Assembly (NCBI RefSeq): GCF_008831285.2
Contig: NC_045138.2
Coordinates: forward strand, 42,346,001 to 42,410,000
Reading direction: 5' to 3'
DNA length: 64,000 bases
DNA from: Nymphaea colorata
Taxonomy: Eukaryota
The notes under the pieces are model-generated. The model worked only from the letters and a program-made list of their open reading frames with translations. It was not told where the DNA came from and did no database searches. The translations under genes and the position numbers were made by a program. Shown here piece by piece: positions 50,731 to 62,210 of the stretch (positions within the stretch are counted from its first letter, which is position 1; every line of letters starts with the position of its first letter).

Positions 50731-53700
50731 CATTATATGTATGTGTATATATCTACTCATGCATATAACTATGTTTCTGCCCGAGATTTTTGAAATTACT
50801 CTGCAGTCTGCAGACTCTGCACCCAGACCTGCATGCTTGTGACATAGGTTTTACGTTTCCTCATTATGTTTATGGAAACTTGCATATTTCAACAAGTAGA
50901 TCATAAATTCTTTGATATCAATACCTTGGCAAAAATTTCTTTGTTATTTTATTCCAAATATAGCATTCATGAATTATGCCTTCTTTTATGTGATTTCTGC
51001 AGGACGGTGAGGCATACGCGTTCCTTTTAAATGTCCTTGCCCCAGAACACTGTAACCCAGCCACATTAAGTGCAAAGGATCCTTCAGAAAGAGCAAACCT
51101 GGTACTTGAACATGCTGAGAGAATGGATTGCAAAAGATATCTAACTCCAAAGGACATTGTGGAAGGCTCACCAAACCTTAATCTTGCCTTTGTTGCCCAA
51201 ATATTTCATCAAAGGTGAGGGTGCTTATTCTTCCAAATTTGTACTATTGTCTGATAATGACAGATATTAATATTTCTTAGTATGTAACACTTTAAAGAAA
51301 TCCCCATCATCGTACCAGATTTATAATTATAATAAACACAAAATGATGACTTTTATAAACAGAGTCCTTGTTTTTATTTTACATTAGCTCGTTGGATCAA
51401 AATAAATGCAGTATTCTATATTGCAAGAAGTTATATTGGTTGACACAGATAAGGACAAAGAAGATACCTTGATGATCAAATGACTCTCTTCTGAATCTAT
51501 TAGAGCTCTGATTGATAATATATTGTTTGTCCATTTTCTGTGGTTTACTTAGTAACAAGTGATTTATGGTATGCTGTTTCAACAGTTATAGTGTTCTACA
51601 TTTTATAACATAAAAAACCAACAACTTTCTATGCATCTAACATATTGCAAATCATTCATCATGGGTCAGATGAATTTTATTGTCAAGGAAAAACACTCAC
51701 CAAAATGCAAATAATCTTGCATTCACCAGAACCAGTTGTGCTGCAGTTTGGGAAATCTGCACGTCTTCTTTTTCACTTGTGGTCATTCTCGAGCTACATT
51801 TGCGGCTAGTTTGTGTCAATCATAAGCCTATTGGGTTTGGTCTGCTCTGCTGAACAAACTCTTTAAGGTGTGCATTTTGTCTGCTTGCTTGCATTTAGTT
51901 AAAGGAAGAATGCAGCTTGTAACATATCATTCTTATGTAGCTACACCATTTATAGATCTTTAGCAAGAGAGGACAGGTAGTTAAGAATATGCTTTATAAC
52001 TTTTTGAAGGTATTATTGTATAGTTCATAGTTCTTCAAGAATTAACCCACAAGTATATCTGAAGCATATGAACAAAGTCTGCTTTACCAAGTACATGATG
52101 AGAATATTTCATGTGAATGTGGTTGCTGCTGGAGCACAGCTTAGAAAGAGAGGAATATTAGATTCTCATCAACCCTAATACCATGTTAAAAAGGGACTAG
52201 GGGCAGCAACAGAATTACAAAATAGGTCCCTATACTGAATTGAAAATAATAAAGAGGACCTCTTACAATAATAAAAATAAAATTATGACCTCTAAACATT
52301 TACTAAAACCTCCCTTGTATGGTCTATTTTCTCCACACTCCGCATCAAGATGGAGCATGGATATCAGTCATTCTCAGCTTGTTACAGCATCTTGCAAAAT
52401 CTCCAATGGAAAGAGGTTTGTTGAACAAATCAACAACTTGGTCTTGTGAGAACACATGGACAGTTGATACAGCTCCTTAGCTACACTAAGTCACGAATGT
52501 AGTGACAATCCACCTTTATATGTTTCGTCTTGTCATAGAATTTTGGGTCTTTGGAAATGTAGGCGGCTGTCTTGTTATCACCCTCATCTCCATAGGCAAC
52601 TTACCTAGACTCCTAAACTTCTAAGCATAGTTCTTATCTATGTCATTTCAACATTCGCTTGAGCCATTGCTCTATATTCTGATTGAGCACTGGATCTAGC
52701 AATAACTGCTAGTTTCTTGCTTATCCTGTAGATAAGGTTCTCACAAAGAAACACATAGAAGCCGGTAGTGAACTTCCTATCATCAACCAAACCTGCATAA
52801 TCTACATCAGATTAAGCTTTGACATCCAGAGGGTAACCTTTTTGGAAAATTAGTCTTTTGCTAGGAGAAAACTGGAAGATCTTAAAATCATTATGGCTGC
52901 TTTCTAATGGACTACCCTTGGCTTGTCCATAAACTGACTTAGCTTCCCGACTGCTAACGATATGTCTGCCCTAGTAACTGTTATATATAAAGGTTGCCCA
53001 AAACAACCTATATGGCTTCTTGTCCACATGCTTGGACTCATCATCTTGCAACTGTCATCGAGAGCAATGTTTAAAAAACTCGCAGAGTCAACCTGGTAAC
53101 TCGGGTGACTCAGCTTGGCTTGCCTCCCTAATGATTCAAGCCAGTAGGGTGACTCGTTGTACTTCATGCTTCAATATTTTATTGTTATTTATAGTTGATA
53201 CATGTTAAGATATAAGTTCTGTTTGTTACTTTATTAAAGATACAAGTTCAGTTTGTTAAAGTCAAGTACTAACAAAATTGGTTGAGTTTTCTTAATGTCT
53301 TTCCATTCGACATGCTAAATTGCAACAATTCATGGAGGATGAACTTAGTTGTGACTTCATTTATTGTTAGTTTGCCTTTTTTTTAATCATATAAGCGAAA
53401 TTAAGTCATTTTACAAATTTTTTATGTTCAAAAGACAAGTTACATATTGTTTTTTTCTTAAAAGGAAAGTTAACATAACCCAATCTGAATCGCCGAGTTG
53501 ACTCACTGAGTCATGAGTTGAGAACAGCCGAGTCGAGTCCCAGGTCACTGGGTTTTAAAACATTGACGGAGAGTTCATGGGAATATTGGCTGGTTTGGCA
53601 CCAAGCATACTTGTTTCCTGCAGCAAATCAAACACATACTTTCTCTGTGAAAGGGCAATACAATTTTTATTCCTAGTTACTTCAATTCTCAGTAAGTATC

Positions 53701-55877
53701 TAAGAGGACCAAGGTCTTTGGTAACAAAGTGTTTCTGTAAATAATTCTTTGTTTCTGAAATTTCATGTTCATTGTCACTAGTCAAGATAATGTCATCTAC
53801 ATAAACCACCATTATCACCATGTGTTTAGCAGCCCATTTTATGAACGAGGGAGACCTCTGAAAACCAAATTCTAACATCACTCAAATAACTTATGAAACC
53901 AGGCCCGTGAGATTTGCTGCAAGTCATTGATTGCCTTTTTCAACTTACATACCTTTTGACATTTTTCCTGCCATTCAAATCCAAGTGGTTGTTGCAGGTA
54001 AACTGTTTCAGACAGGTCACTGTATAAAAGCATTTTTCGCATTAAGTCAAGGTATAATCCACCCAAAATGCACTTCAATAAAGATAGTGAGCCTAATTGT
54101 CCCCAGACAGGCGACAAGAAAAAGGTTTCAAAAAAATCTATGCTATAAGTCTGAGAATATTCTTTAGTTACCAACAGAGCCTTGTATCTCTCCATTAAGC
54201 CTTTTGAACAGTATTTATTTGTAAATACACACTTTGAGCCAACAATATCAATAACTAGAGGAGGATCACAAGCTCCCACGTTCATCTTGACTTAGGAATA
54301 TCCATCTCGTCTAGCATGGCTCCTCTCCACTTGAGATCAAGAAGGGTCTGCTTGTGAGTGAGGAATAGAAGTAGACAGAGCCGGTGTGAAGTGCTGCATG
54401 TTTTCTTCAAGTTTGTTAGTAGAAATAAACTTAAAGAAAGGATGAAGAGCGCATTAGTGCTTGCGTTTTTTGAGGGCAATGGCAGAACATCTTCAACTTC
54501 AGGACTGTCTGCAGATTTATCAAGAACATCTCTAAAATCAGCAGGGGGATAGGGCATACTTACCTCGTGAAAAGGAAGCAATGGAGGTCTATGAGAGGGG
54601 GCTGGCCGCCGGGTATACACCAGTAGAGGATCATAACGAGTGAAACACTTGTCAGTATGGGAAGAAGGACACATAAAAGACTCTAGTGGAACAGGTGCAA
54701 TAGGCAAAGGAGGAGGAGAAGACACCTCAAGATTCTTGGAGGGAACATGACTAGGAAAACAAGGGTTGGACTCAAAAAAGATGACATCCACACTGACATA
54801 CTTTCTTTTTCGTGGTGGGATGCATTTGTACACCTTCTGATTTCTTGGGTACCCCAAAAATAAACATTTGATTGATTGGGCAGACAACCTATCTTTGTGA
54901 GGACCAAGGATATGGACAAAACAAGTGCGCCCAAAGGCCATTGGTAGGTGGAACAGAGAGACTTTTGGATAGAGAACTTGTATGGGAATTCTATGGTCAA
55001 TTGAACAAGAAGGCATGCTGTTAATGAGATAAAAGCAGAATGGAAAAGGCACGTTCACTTGAAGCATGATGGCAGGCAACACTTAAGAGATGTCAATACT
55101 TTCTTTCAGCAACTCTATTCTGTTGAGAAGTATGGGCACATGTATATTGGGGACAAATATAACGATCGTTATAGAGCTGTAATAATTGGGAATGATTTGC
55201 ACTCGAGAGCATTATGAATGCAAACATTTTTTATAGTAGAATCAAACAGAGTCTCTATTCCAAGTACAAATGATTTGAGAATGCACAAAACTTTTGACAC
55301 TTCAAAAGGAAGACCCAAGAAGCATAATCATCAATAGTGACAATATAACAGTGTCATAAATATCGTTCTCGGGTTTTTATGGGGAGATTTTTCTCGGGTT
55401 TTTATCGGCAAAGTTGTTGTCTTCTAGAAAATCTCGAGAAAAACTCAGAAAATTTTAGAAAATAAAAAATTAGGTATAAATGAAATAAATGAGAAATTAA
55501 TAGGAAAACATAAATAAAACTATATACATTAGGAATGTTTTAATGATAATAAAGATGATGAAAATAATTTATTTTAAGTTTATGTTTGAATCCATGATAA
55601 TATCAATGCTAAAAAATAGAAAAATGAAAAGATCATGAAAAAATTGTGATAAATATTTTTTCTTGATTTTTTCCAAAATATTGTGATTTTTCCCCTCTTT
55701 CATTTTTATTATTTTTATGTTAATATCACGATATTTTCCAAAATGTTGCAATATAATACTTAAAAAAAGATCAACTCAGAGCTCGACTAGGTTGCCAAAC
55801 ATCAACATGAAAAAGTTCAAAACTATGTCACATGGGTGTGGGTTGCGGGTGCTGGTGCGGGTGCGGGTACGGTGAGA

Positions 55878-55930
<53 letters not shown>

Positions 55931-57817
55931 TATGTTATTTGTTATATAATTTTATTTGTCTATATTTTTAATTTTTTTTTTATCAAGGTTACCTTAAGCT
56001 CACACAAATTCAAAGTTTTATTAAATAAAATAAGGGGACAGAGAGAGAGAGAGAGAGAATAGGGAAAAAAGAAGAGAGAAAGATAGGAGAAGGAAAAAAA
56101 TGAAAAAAAAAAAAACAAGAGAGAAGAAGAACGAGTGTGGTCAGCAGTACCCGATTCGGTTTGACTGAGTCAGGTGTCGTGTTGGGCCACACCCGGACCC
56201 ACATAGGTGTAGGTGTGTCATCATAGTTGGCGCACCCGTATGACTTAGGTTCAAAAGGACTCTGACTCCGCGGAAATGAACTATGACTGTACTTTCCCAA
56301 ATGACAAGCTTCACACTGGAAGAACATTGGAGGAGGAATCCTGGGGAACACTTGGCAGAGTTTTTGAAGTGAATGATAACCAAGCCTAAGCTGCCACTGA
56401 AACCGTATGGTATTTGACCCAACAGATAAAGATGCCACTTCAACTACTGTAGTAGGGTAGTAGATGCGCTCTTCTTCGTGGCCTCTACCAATCTCCTTCC
56501 CAGTCAGCAAGTCCTTAAAACACATAAGATCCGGGGTGAAAAAATAACACAGCAGTTCAATTCCTTAGTTAGTTGGCTCACATATAGAAGATTCTTGGAG
56601 AAATCTGGGCTGTGTAACACCCTCTGAATATGCAAGGTAGGAGACAGGTGAACCTCCCTTTCTCCTACAATGATCAGCAAGACAAGCATGCCAGAAAATG
56701 GAATAAGAAAGCAGATTAGAAAAACAAAAAGAATCTCCACAAAGATGTTGGGAAGCTCCTGAGTCAATAATCTGCACACCACCATTATTTGCTGTCATAC
56801 TAGCTACTGAATGAGCAGCATTTGTCACCATAGTGGATGCAGATGTAGATGTAGAAGCAGATTGCTGGGTGAGAAGCTGCAGATACTCAGTACGACTTGA
56901 CAACTGCAAGATCTAGAATCTCAGCTCCTATGAGGATCTGCACTTTGACAACTACATAATCAACAGATCGCCTAGACAAGAATCTGGCTACCTTAGTCTG
57001 CTCCAGATATGTCTTGTAGCAAGCTTTACAAGGAGGTCAAACTGCATTCAAGCTCTCATAGGTTGATTTGATTGAAAAAAGAAAATATTATGCAAGATTT
57101 TAATCTCGCTGTTGGAGCTGAAAAATCTCATGTTCCACTTAAAGAATTCTACTGACGTTTTTGCTCGTCTGTTTGGTTGTGGTGTAACAAACTAAACTAC
57201 TAGCAATATAGGCCTGGACACTATTCAAAATCCAAGCCATAACAATGTTGTCCTCTTTCCACATGGCATACTTTCTCACCTTTTCTTTCGGGCTTATCTT
57301 CTTCAATGAGATGGTACTTTCTATGTCCTACAACTGACATCATGAAAGTGCTTGACTACATCTCTAGTTGGTGCCATCAAGATTAATAGTAGATCCATAC
57401 GAGAAAAGATTGGAAAATGCTTTATAATCACCACTATGTCTGATTTATTGCCCCTTCTATACTCTTATCGTAAGCCATTGATATCTTGAATATAAAGAGA
57501 ACACAAACATCAATTCATCAGCCTCATAATGATATCACACAGCCAACGATAGGAGTCGAATGACGTCAAACTCTACCATAGGAGATGACAGATCCACCAT
57601 CAATGACTGAGATAGGGGCTTCAAATAGCATCCCTCAAATGGCAACAATAAACAACCAAGACATGAAGTATACATACTAGATTTCATTGACTACAACTGG
57701 AGCAGCATCGTCTTCATGCCCAGCAGCATTTACTCCTAATCTATGTCACATCGGCGTGGGTGTGGGTGTGGATATGGACCTAATTCAAAATCACGAGTAC
57801 GCGGGTGTGGCTGACCA

Positions 57818-57848
<31 letters not shown>

Positions 57849-60800
57849 GAAATAATAATTTAAAAAATACATTCATGAAGATTTTAAACAAACTAAAAAT
57901 GTACCATTCACCATTTCAGTCATGATTCATCAATTCAAGTCAAGTTTGATCTCGAAATTGGAGGCATTGTTCTAAAAGTTAACAAAGTAAATAAATACTA
58001 AGTTCTATTTCATCCAAGAAATGTGTTCTCATTAATTTAGTTCATCAATATCATCCAAATTGGACGGAATCACCGGCTCTAGAAAGTCCATATTAGAAGT
58101 ATTCGAATCATGTTCTCCATCAAAGTCAGGCTCCTCTGGATTACATCCCAGTACTTAGATGTTCCAGAACTGCAACGCAATATAACTTAATATTTAATAA
58201 GAAAATAAGCAAACAAGCAAACAATTATTGAATATGACTTATACATAAGAAAGATTAAAATAAAAATATACTTGTAAGTTGTAATCATTACACTTTCGAG
58301 ATAGTAGTCATAGGTTGGAGTGAACATAAACCAGTTCCTCTGCTCTCTTGTTATTGACTTTGTTTCTCTTGAGGTTGTGAATTTGAGAATATGTGTTCCA
58401 GTTTCTTTCACAACATGATGATGTAGCAGGTTGATACAATAATTTTAATGCAAGGCTTTAAAGTTTTGTGTCTCTGAACTGTAAGTTGCCCACCAGTTTA
58501 GCGGATCTTCATCTTCCCTTGCTATAAGACCTATCAGTGAGTCAAAGTTACCATTTGAAAACTTACCAAACTCACTATTTACTATATTCAATGTATGATG
58601 ATCGTTATAAGGTCTTCCCAAGCAAAGCAGCCTATGCTTTGATATTTCTGGATCTCGATGAGGAGGGACGTGACCAACTCCTCCTTTTAGCCACTTTTGC
58701 GAGAGATATTTGGGATTTAGAGAGTGTGCCACGCAATGCAAAGGAGTATTGCTTTTGTTCCATCTTTTTACATTCTCATGTTATATATTATACTCTGAAT
58801 TTTTTCAATCATGATATCTCACATTTAACAAACTTTATGCAGCATGGGACCATCTTTATCAACCTCTCTTATCATCTCCCGTATAGGCTTTGTAAATTGA
58901 AGGAAGTATGTGACTTTGTCCCACCATTTATCATCTAAAATGCAGTTTTTAATTGCTTGAGCTTTCTCATCATCATCACGATAAAATTCCTAATCATTGT
59001 CAGTTACCATCAATGTCAATGCACTCTCAACTTGCTTAAATCTTTTCAACATTACAATCAAACAAGCAAAACGTGACTCAACAGCCTTTAACAACCTCAA
59101 ATCAGAATGTTTATTGAATATAGAGAGAGCATGATGTTGATTTACAACAAAATTTCTGATATTTTTATCGTCATGCTCAAGTTCTTCAATCCATGAACAT
59201 ATACTATATGCTTTTGATTCTTCTTTTGAGGGGTTGCAGATACTCTTCAGTGTAAGAGTTAAGCTATGTGCTACACAAGGTGTCCAGAAAATATGATTAT
59301 ATTTAGGTTCAGTTGACAAATTCATACCTGCACGACTACAAACTGGCGCATTATCAGTAATAATCTGCATTACATGTTCTTCGCAAACTTCTTTGATCAC
59401 TTTTATGAACGACAACTTCAAATATTCTTCATCTTTATATTCCCCAGATGCATCAACACACTTTAAAAAGATTGGACCATTAATTGAATAAGCTATAAAG
59501 TTTATTAATGGTTGCCTTTGTATATCTGTCCATCTATCAGAAACGATAGATATCCATGTTCATTCCATGAAAATTTTTTCTTTTATAACATGTTTTCAAC
59601 CGTTGCTTTCTCTCATGCTGGAAGTAGTGTTTTCAATTTCTTGAGTTTGGGGGCACATAACCAGTCAGATTTCAATTAGCCAATGATGTAAATATATCTT
59701 TCTAGTAAGGGCTTCTGGCTAAATTAAATGGACGTGAACTTGCATAAAAGAATCTAGCTATTTTTTTAACCATTTCTGCTCTACTCATATTTCTGAATGA
59801 TTTTTATATTGTTTTGTTACCTTGCAAACTCATTTTTATTTTCTTCCACATATCAGCAATTTGTTCAATAGTCAAAGGAATAGAAAGTTCACTTGATTTA
59901 CCTAAATTTTTCTTCAATTCAGCTGCCTCCTGTTCTTTTTTTGAATTCTCTCAATGTAGCTTTGTCCACTTGTGGACATGGTCTGATTCCTTGGCCATGG
60001 ATGTGTAAGAAATGTGCTTTAATATGTGTATATGAACCAGTGAATCGTCCATTGCAGAGCTTACATTTGAATTGTATGTTTGCTCCACCACCGGGAGTTT
60101 TTTCTCCTTTTGATATAAGTCTCCGAAGTGGTTGAGACTGATCTGTTTTTTCAGTTGAATCAATATGACACTACTGCTAGAACTTACCGACATATAAGCA
60201 CTTGAAATTGCCTTTCCCTTGTCAGCCATTACATCTGAAAAGCGAGAAATGAGAATGAAACATGAATGAGCATGTATCATGCGTGCATGGTAGTGAGCTT
60301 GCCAGCGTCAAGCAGAGAGGAAAGGAGAGAAGAAGATCCCAGAACCCTGCCAGCGTCAAGCAGATCCCAGAAGGATTGTCTCTGATCCCATGTTGGCGCA
60401 TGGCTGAGGGAGAGAGAAAGAGTAGATTCTCATTAACCCTAATCCCATGTTAATAAGGGATTAGGGGCTGCAACAGAATTAAAACATAGGTCCCTATACT
60501 GAAATGAAAATTTTATTTTTATTATTGTAAGAGGTCCTCTTTGTTATTTTGACTTCTAATAATTTACTAAAAGCATCCTGATTAGACCTATTTCCTCGAC
60601 AGTTGCGAAGGCTGTGTCATGGCAGTTTAGAAATATGAATACAAAGATTTTTGATATAAAAATACATGCAGACAAACATACAAATATGCTTGAATATTTA
60701 TCTATAAATGTATGTATATTATTGGTCGCTGCTGCTTCATGTTTTCCTTACGAATGAAGTAAGCTTGTATGGAATATGATCAGTTATTCCTTCAAATTTG

Positions 60801-62210
60801 CTTCATTTAGTTGTAGAATGTGAATGTAGGCTATGCCTTGTAGTGCTAATAAGTAATAACCTTTTGTCTATCAGGCAATGATTAACTGGGTGAAATTCTT
60901 ATACTATGTTTCTCACTACTGTTGCTTATTTTTTTACAATAGGGTTGGGTTCTGATTAAGTAATGGAATAATGTTTTAGTAGAACTTGGGAAATTGACTG
61001 GCGTTTTATCTTCAATCATCTGACATCTATGTTTCTCCCTGTTTTGGCTTGAGAATCAACTAAAAAACTTTTCCATGGTAGGGTTCCATGATTACCACAG
61101 TTCTTATTCCTCACTCCCTGTTCCTCCATTACATCCCCCCCCTTTTTAAGTATCTAGTTAAAAGTCCATATTCTTTCACAGCTCTGCGGAAATATGAGCA
61201 GTATCATAAACTTTTTTTCCATAAAATGAGCCTCTGGGCCTTTATGGTTGTCATTTTCATTCTATAAATTTGTACTTGCACATTATGACTTTATATATGC
61301 AATCTATGTTTTCTAGGAATGGTTTATCAGTTGATAGCAGCAAAATATCTTTTGCTGAAAGAATGAGCGAAGATGTGCAAACTTCTAGAGAGGAACGCGC
61401 ATTCAGATTGTGGATTAATAGTCTCGGTGTTGATACATATGTTAACAATGTATTTGAGGATGTAAGAAATGGGTAAGTTGCAGATCTTTCTCGCTTGAGA
61501 ACATTTTCCTAGCTTCAAATATGATTCAATTTACATATCATATTTTTTGCTGGATAGGACATAAATAATGTTTCCCGGGTATTTATTATTTGAATATGAA
61601 CTGCCTATGCATAATCTTGTTAAAATACTTCATGTGCAGACCATATGAAATCAAATTAATGTTCACATCTTGGATGTGTAGTTTCAAATCTTTCAACTTG
61701 TGATTTCCCTACCTGTGTGTGGATTGGGTTCATTTTCAAATCATTGCTAGCACATCCAACATTTGTAAAAGAAATCATGTGATTCTTTTTGCTTTCAAAT
61801 TTGTGTATTTCCATATTAAAGACATGCCCTGTTGTCATGGATCAACCTTGTATGTGGAATAATAGGACTGAATTGGAATATTGCAAAATCTGGTTCAGTG
61901 TAGCTAATCAGGATCCCTATCCATTCTCAGTTATCAACTCAACAAAGTCAATGGCATTGAATGATAATTGTTAATGCTTGTTTATTGTACTGCAATGCTC
62001 ATGTGACCAGATGGGTTCTTTTGGAAGTTCTCGACAAAGTATCTCCAGGAATAGTTAAATGGAAACAAGCATCAAAACCTCCAATTAAGATGCCATTCAG
62101 AAAGGTGGAAAACTGCAACCAAGTTGTAGGAATTGGGAAGGAATTGAAGTTCTCTCTAGTGAACGTTGCTGGAAATGACATTGTGCAGGGAAACAAGAAA
62201 TTAATATTAG
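41630..62210 (+). CDS. FIM: Fimbrin (plastin-family actin-bundling protein); 10 coding exons in window, 3'-incomplete
   Basis: join(41630-41716,41850-42020,42269-42507,42610-42781,44456-44494,44670-44738,44860-44976,51003-51214,61317-61472,62011-62210). All GT-AG, phases consistent, 487 codons without a stop. [82 protein letters not shown]. Paralog not determinable. Confidence 0.97.
41850..42020 (+). CDS. FIM: Fimbrin coding exon 2
   Basis: ag|[11 protein letters not shown]...EIDFEAFLR|gt. Confidence 0.92.
42269..42507 (+). CDS. FIM: Fimbrin coding exon 3
   Basis: ag|VYLNM...[13 protein letters not shown]...KDGVLL(C)|gt. Confidence 0.95.
42610..42781 (+). CDS. FIM: Fimbrin coding exon 4
   Basis: [17 protein letters not shown]...DLVEGR|gt. 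Confidence 0.95.
44456..44494 (+). CDS. FIM: Fimbrin coding exon 5
   Basis: ag|[13 protein letters not shown]|gt. Confidence 0.95.
44670..44738 (+). CDS. FIM: Fimbrin coding exon 6
   Basis: ag|[23 protein letters not shown]|gt. Confidence 0.95.
44860..44976 (+). CDS. FIM: Fimbrin coding exon 7
   Basis: ag|[24 protein letters not shown]...SSDLK|gt. Confidence 0.95.
46086..50640 (-). mobile_element. 5'-truncated degenerate Ty1/copia element in fimbrin intron 7
   Basis: Probable 3' LTR ~46086-46274 (related to the LTRs at 52127/60391), then PPT complement cttcccctc. [14 protein letters not shown]...[10 protein letters not shown] and INT fragments; zinc knuckle CTYCGKLGH. No 5' LTR or PBS seen. 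Confidence 0.88.
46436..46846. other. GC-rich ~411-bp insertion in the copia RNase H, no TSD
   Basis: Excision restores [12 protein letters not shown] on the minus strand. CpG-rich against AT-rich flanks. Confidence 0.75.
50650..50847 (-). mobile_element. One terminus of the ctatgtcaca hAT family
   Basis: Ends ...tgtgacatag (reverse complement of the TIR), with the taatt(t)caaaa(a)tc motif and TA tract seen in other copies. No matching TSD; left boundary approximate. Confidence 0.6.
51003..51214 (+). CDS. FIM: Fimbrin coding exon 8
   Basis: ag|[16 protein letters not shown]...[16 protein letters not shown](R)|gt. Confidence 0.95.
53065..53565. mobile_element. hAT-type MITE (caatgttt TIR)
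   Basis: caatgtttaaaa...ttttaaaacattg; degenerate 8-bp TSD atcgagag/acggagag; gagtc/gactc subterminal motifs; interrupts the copia RT. Confidence 0.8.
55349..55748. mobile_element. hAT-type MITE
   Basis: Perfect 8-bp TSD caatataa (55341-55348, 55749-55756). Ends cagtgtcataaatatcg...cgatattttccaaaatgttg. Removal restores integrase [12 protein letters not shown] in frame. Confidence 0.85.
55823..56248. mobile_element. hAT MITE of the ctatgtcaca family
   Basis: Perfect 8-bp TSD gttcaaaa (55815-55822, 56249-56256). TIR ctatgtcacatgggtg...cacccgtatgacttag. Removal restores [11 protein letters not shown]. Confidence 0.92.
57741..60290 (-). mobile_element. hAT element with decayed transposase (BED finger, DUF659-type core, hATC region); one TIR retained
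   Basis: TIR ctatgtcacat at 57741. PLWR...[27 protein letters not shown]...[19 protein letters not shown]...SSCCERNW. Stops and frameshifts. Other terminus and TSD not found. Confidence 0.9.
61317..61472 (+). CDS. FIM: Fimbrin coding exon 9
   Basis: NGLSVDSSK...[14 protein letters not shown]...EDVRN(G)|gt. Confidence 0.95.
62011..62210 (+). CDS. FIM: Fimbrin coding exon 10
   Basis: [13 protein letters not shown]...[15 protein letters not shown]|gt. Confidence 0.95.

Larger units (their letters stand above)
52127..60601 (-). mobile_element. Old full-length Ty1/copia element in fimbrin intron 8 with four nested hAT insertions
   Basis: 211-bp TG...CA LTRs 52127-52337 and 60391-60601 (roughly 80-85% identical by eye). 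TSD gttgc (52122-52126, 60602-60606). Degenerate PBS tgggatcagaga beside 60391. [31 protein letters not shown]. Confidence 0.92.

Noticed and set aside
52171..52187. PBS-like ccctaatacca followed by TG, suggesting the LTR starts at 52184
   Set aside because: LTR homology extends to 52127/60391, where the gttgc TSD and the true PBS lie. The motif is one arm of the conserved dyad.
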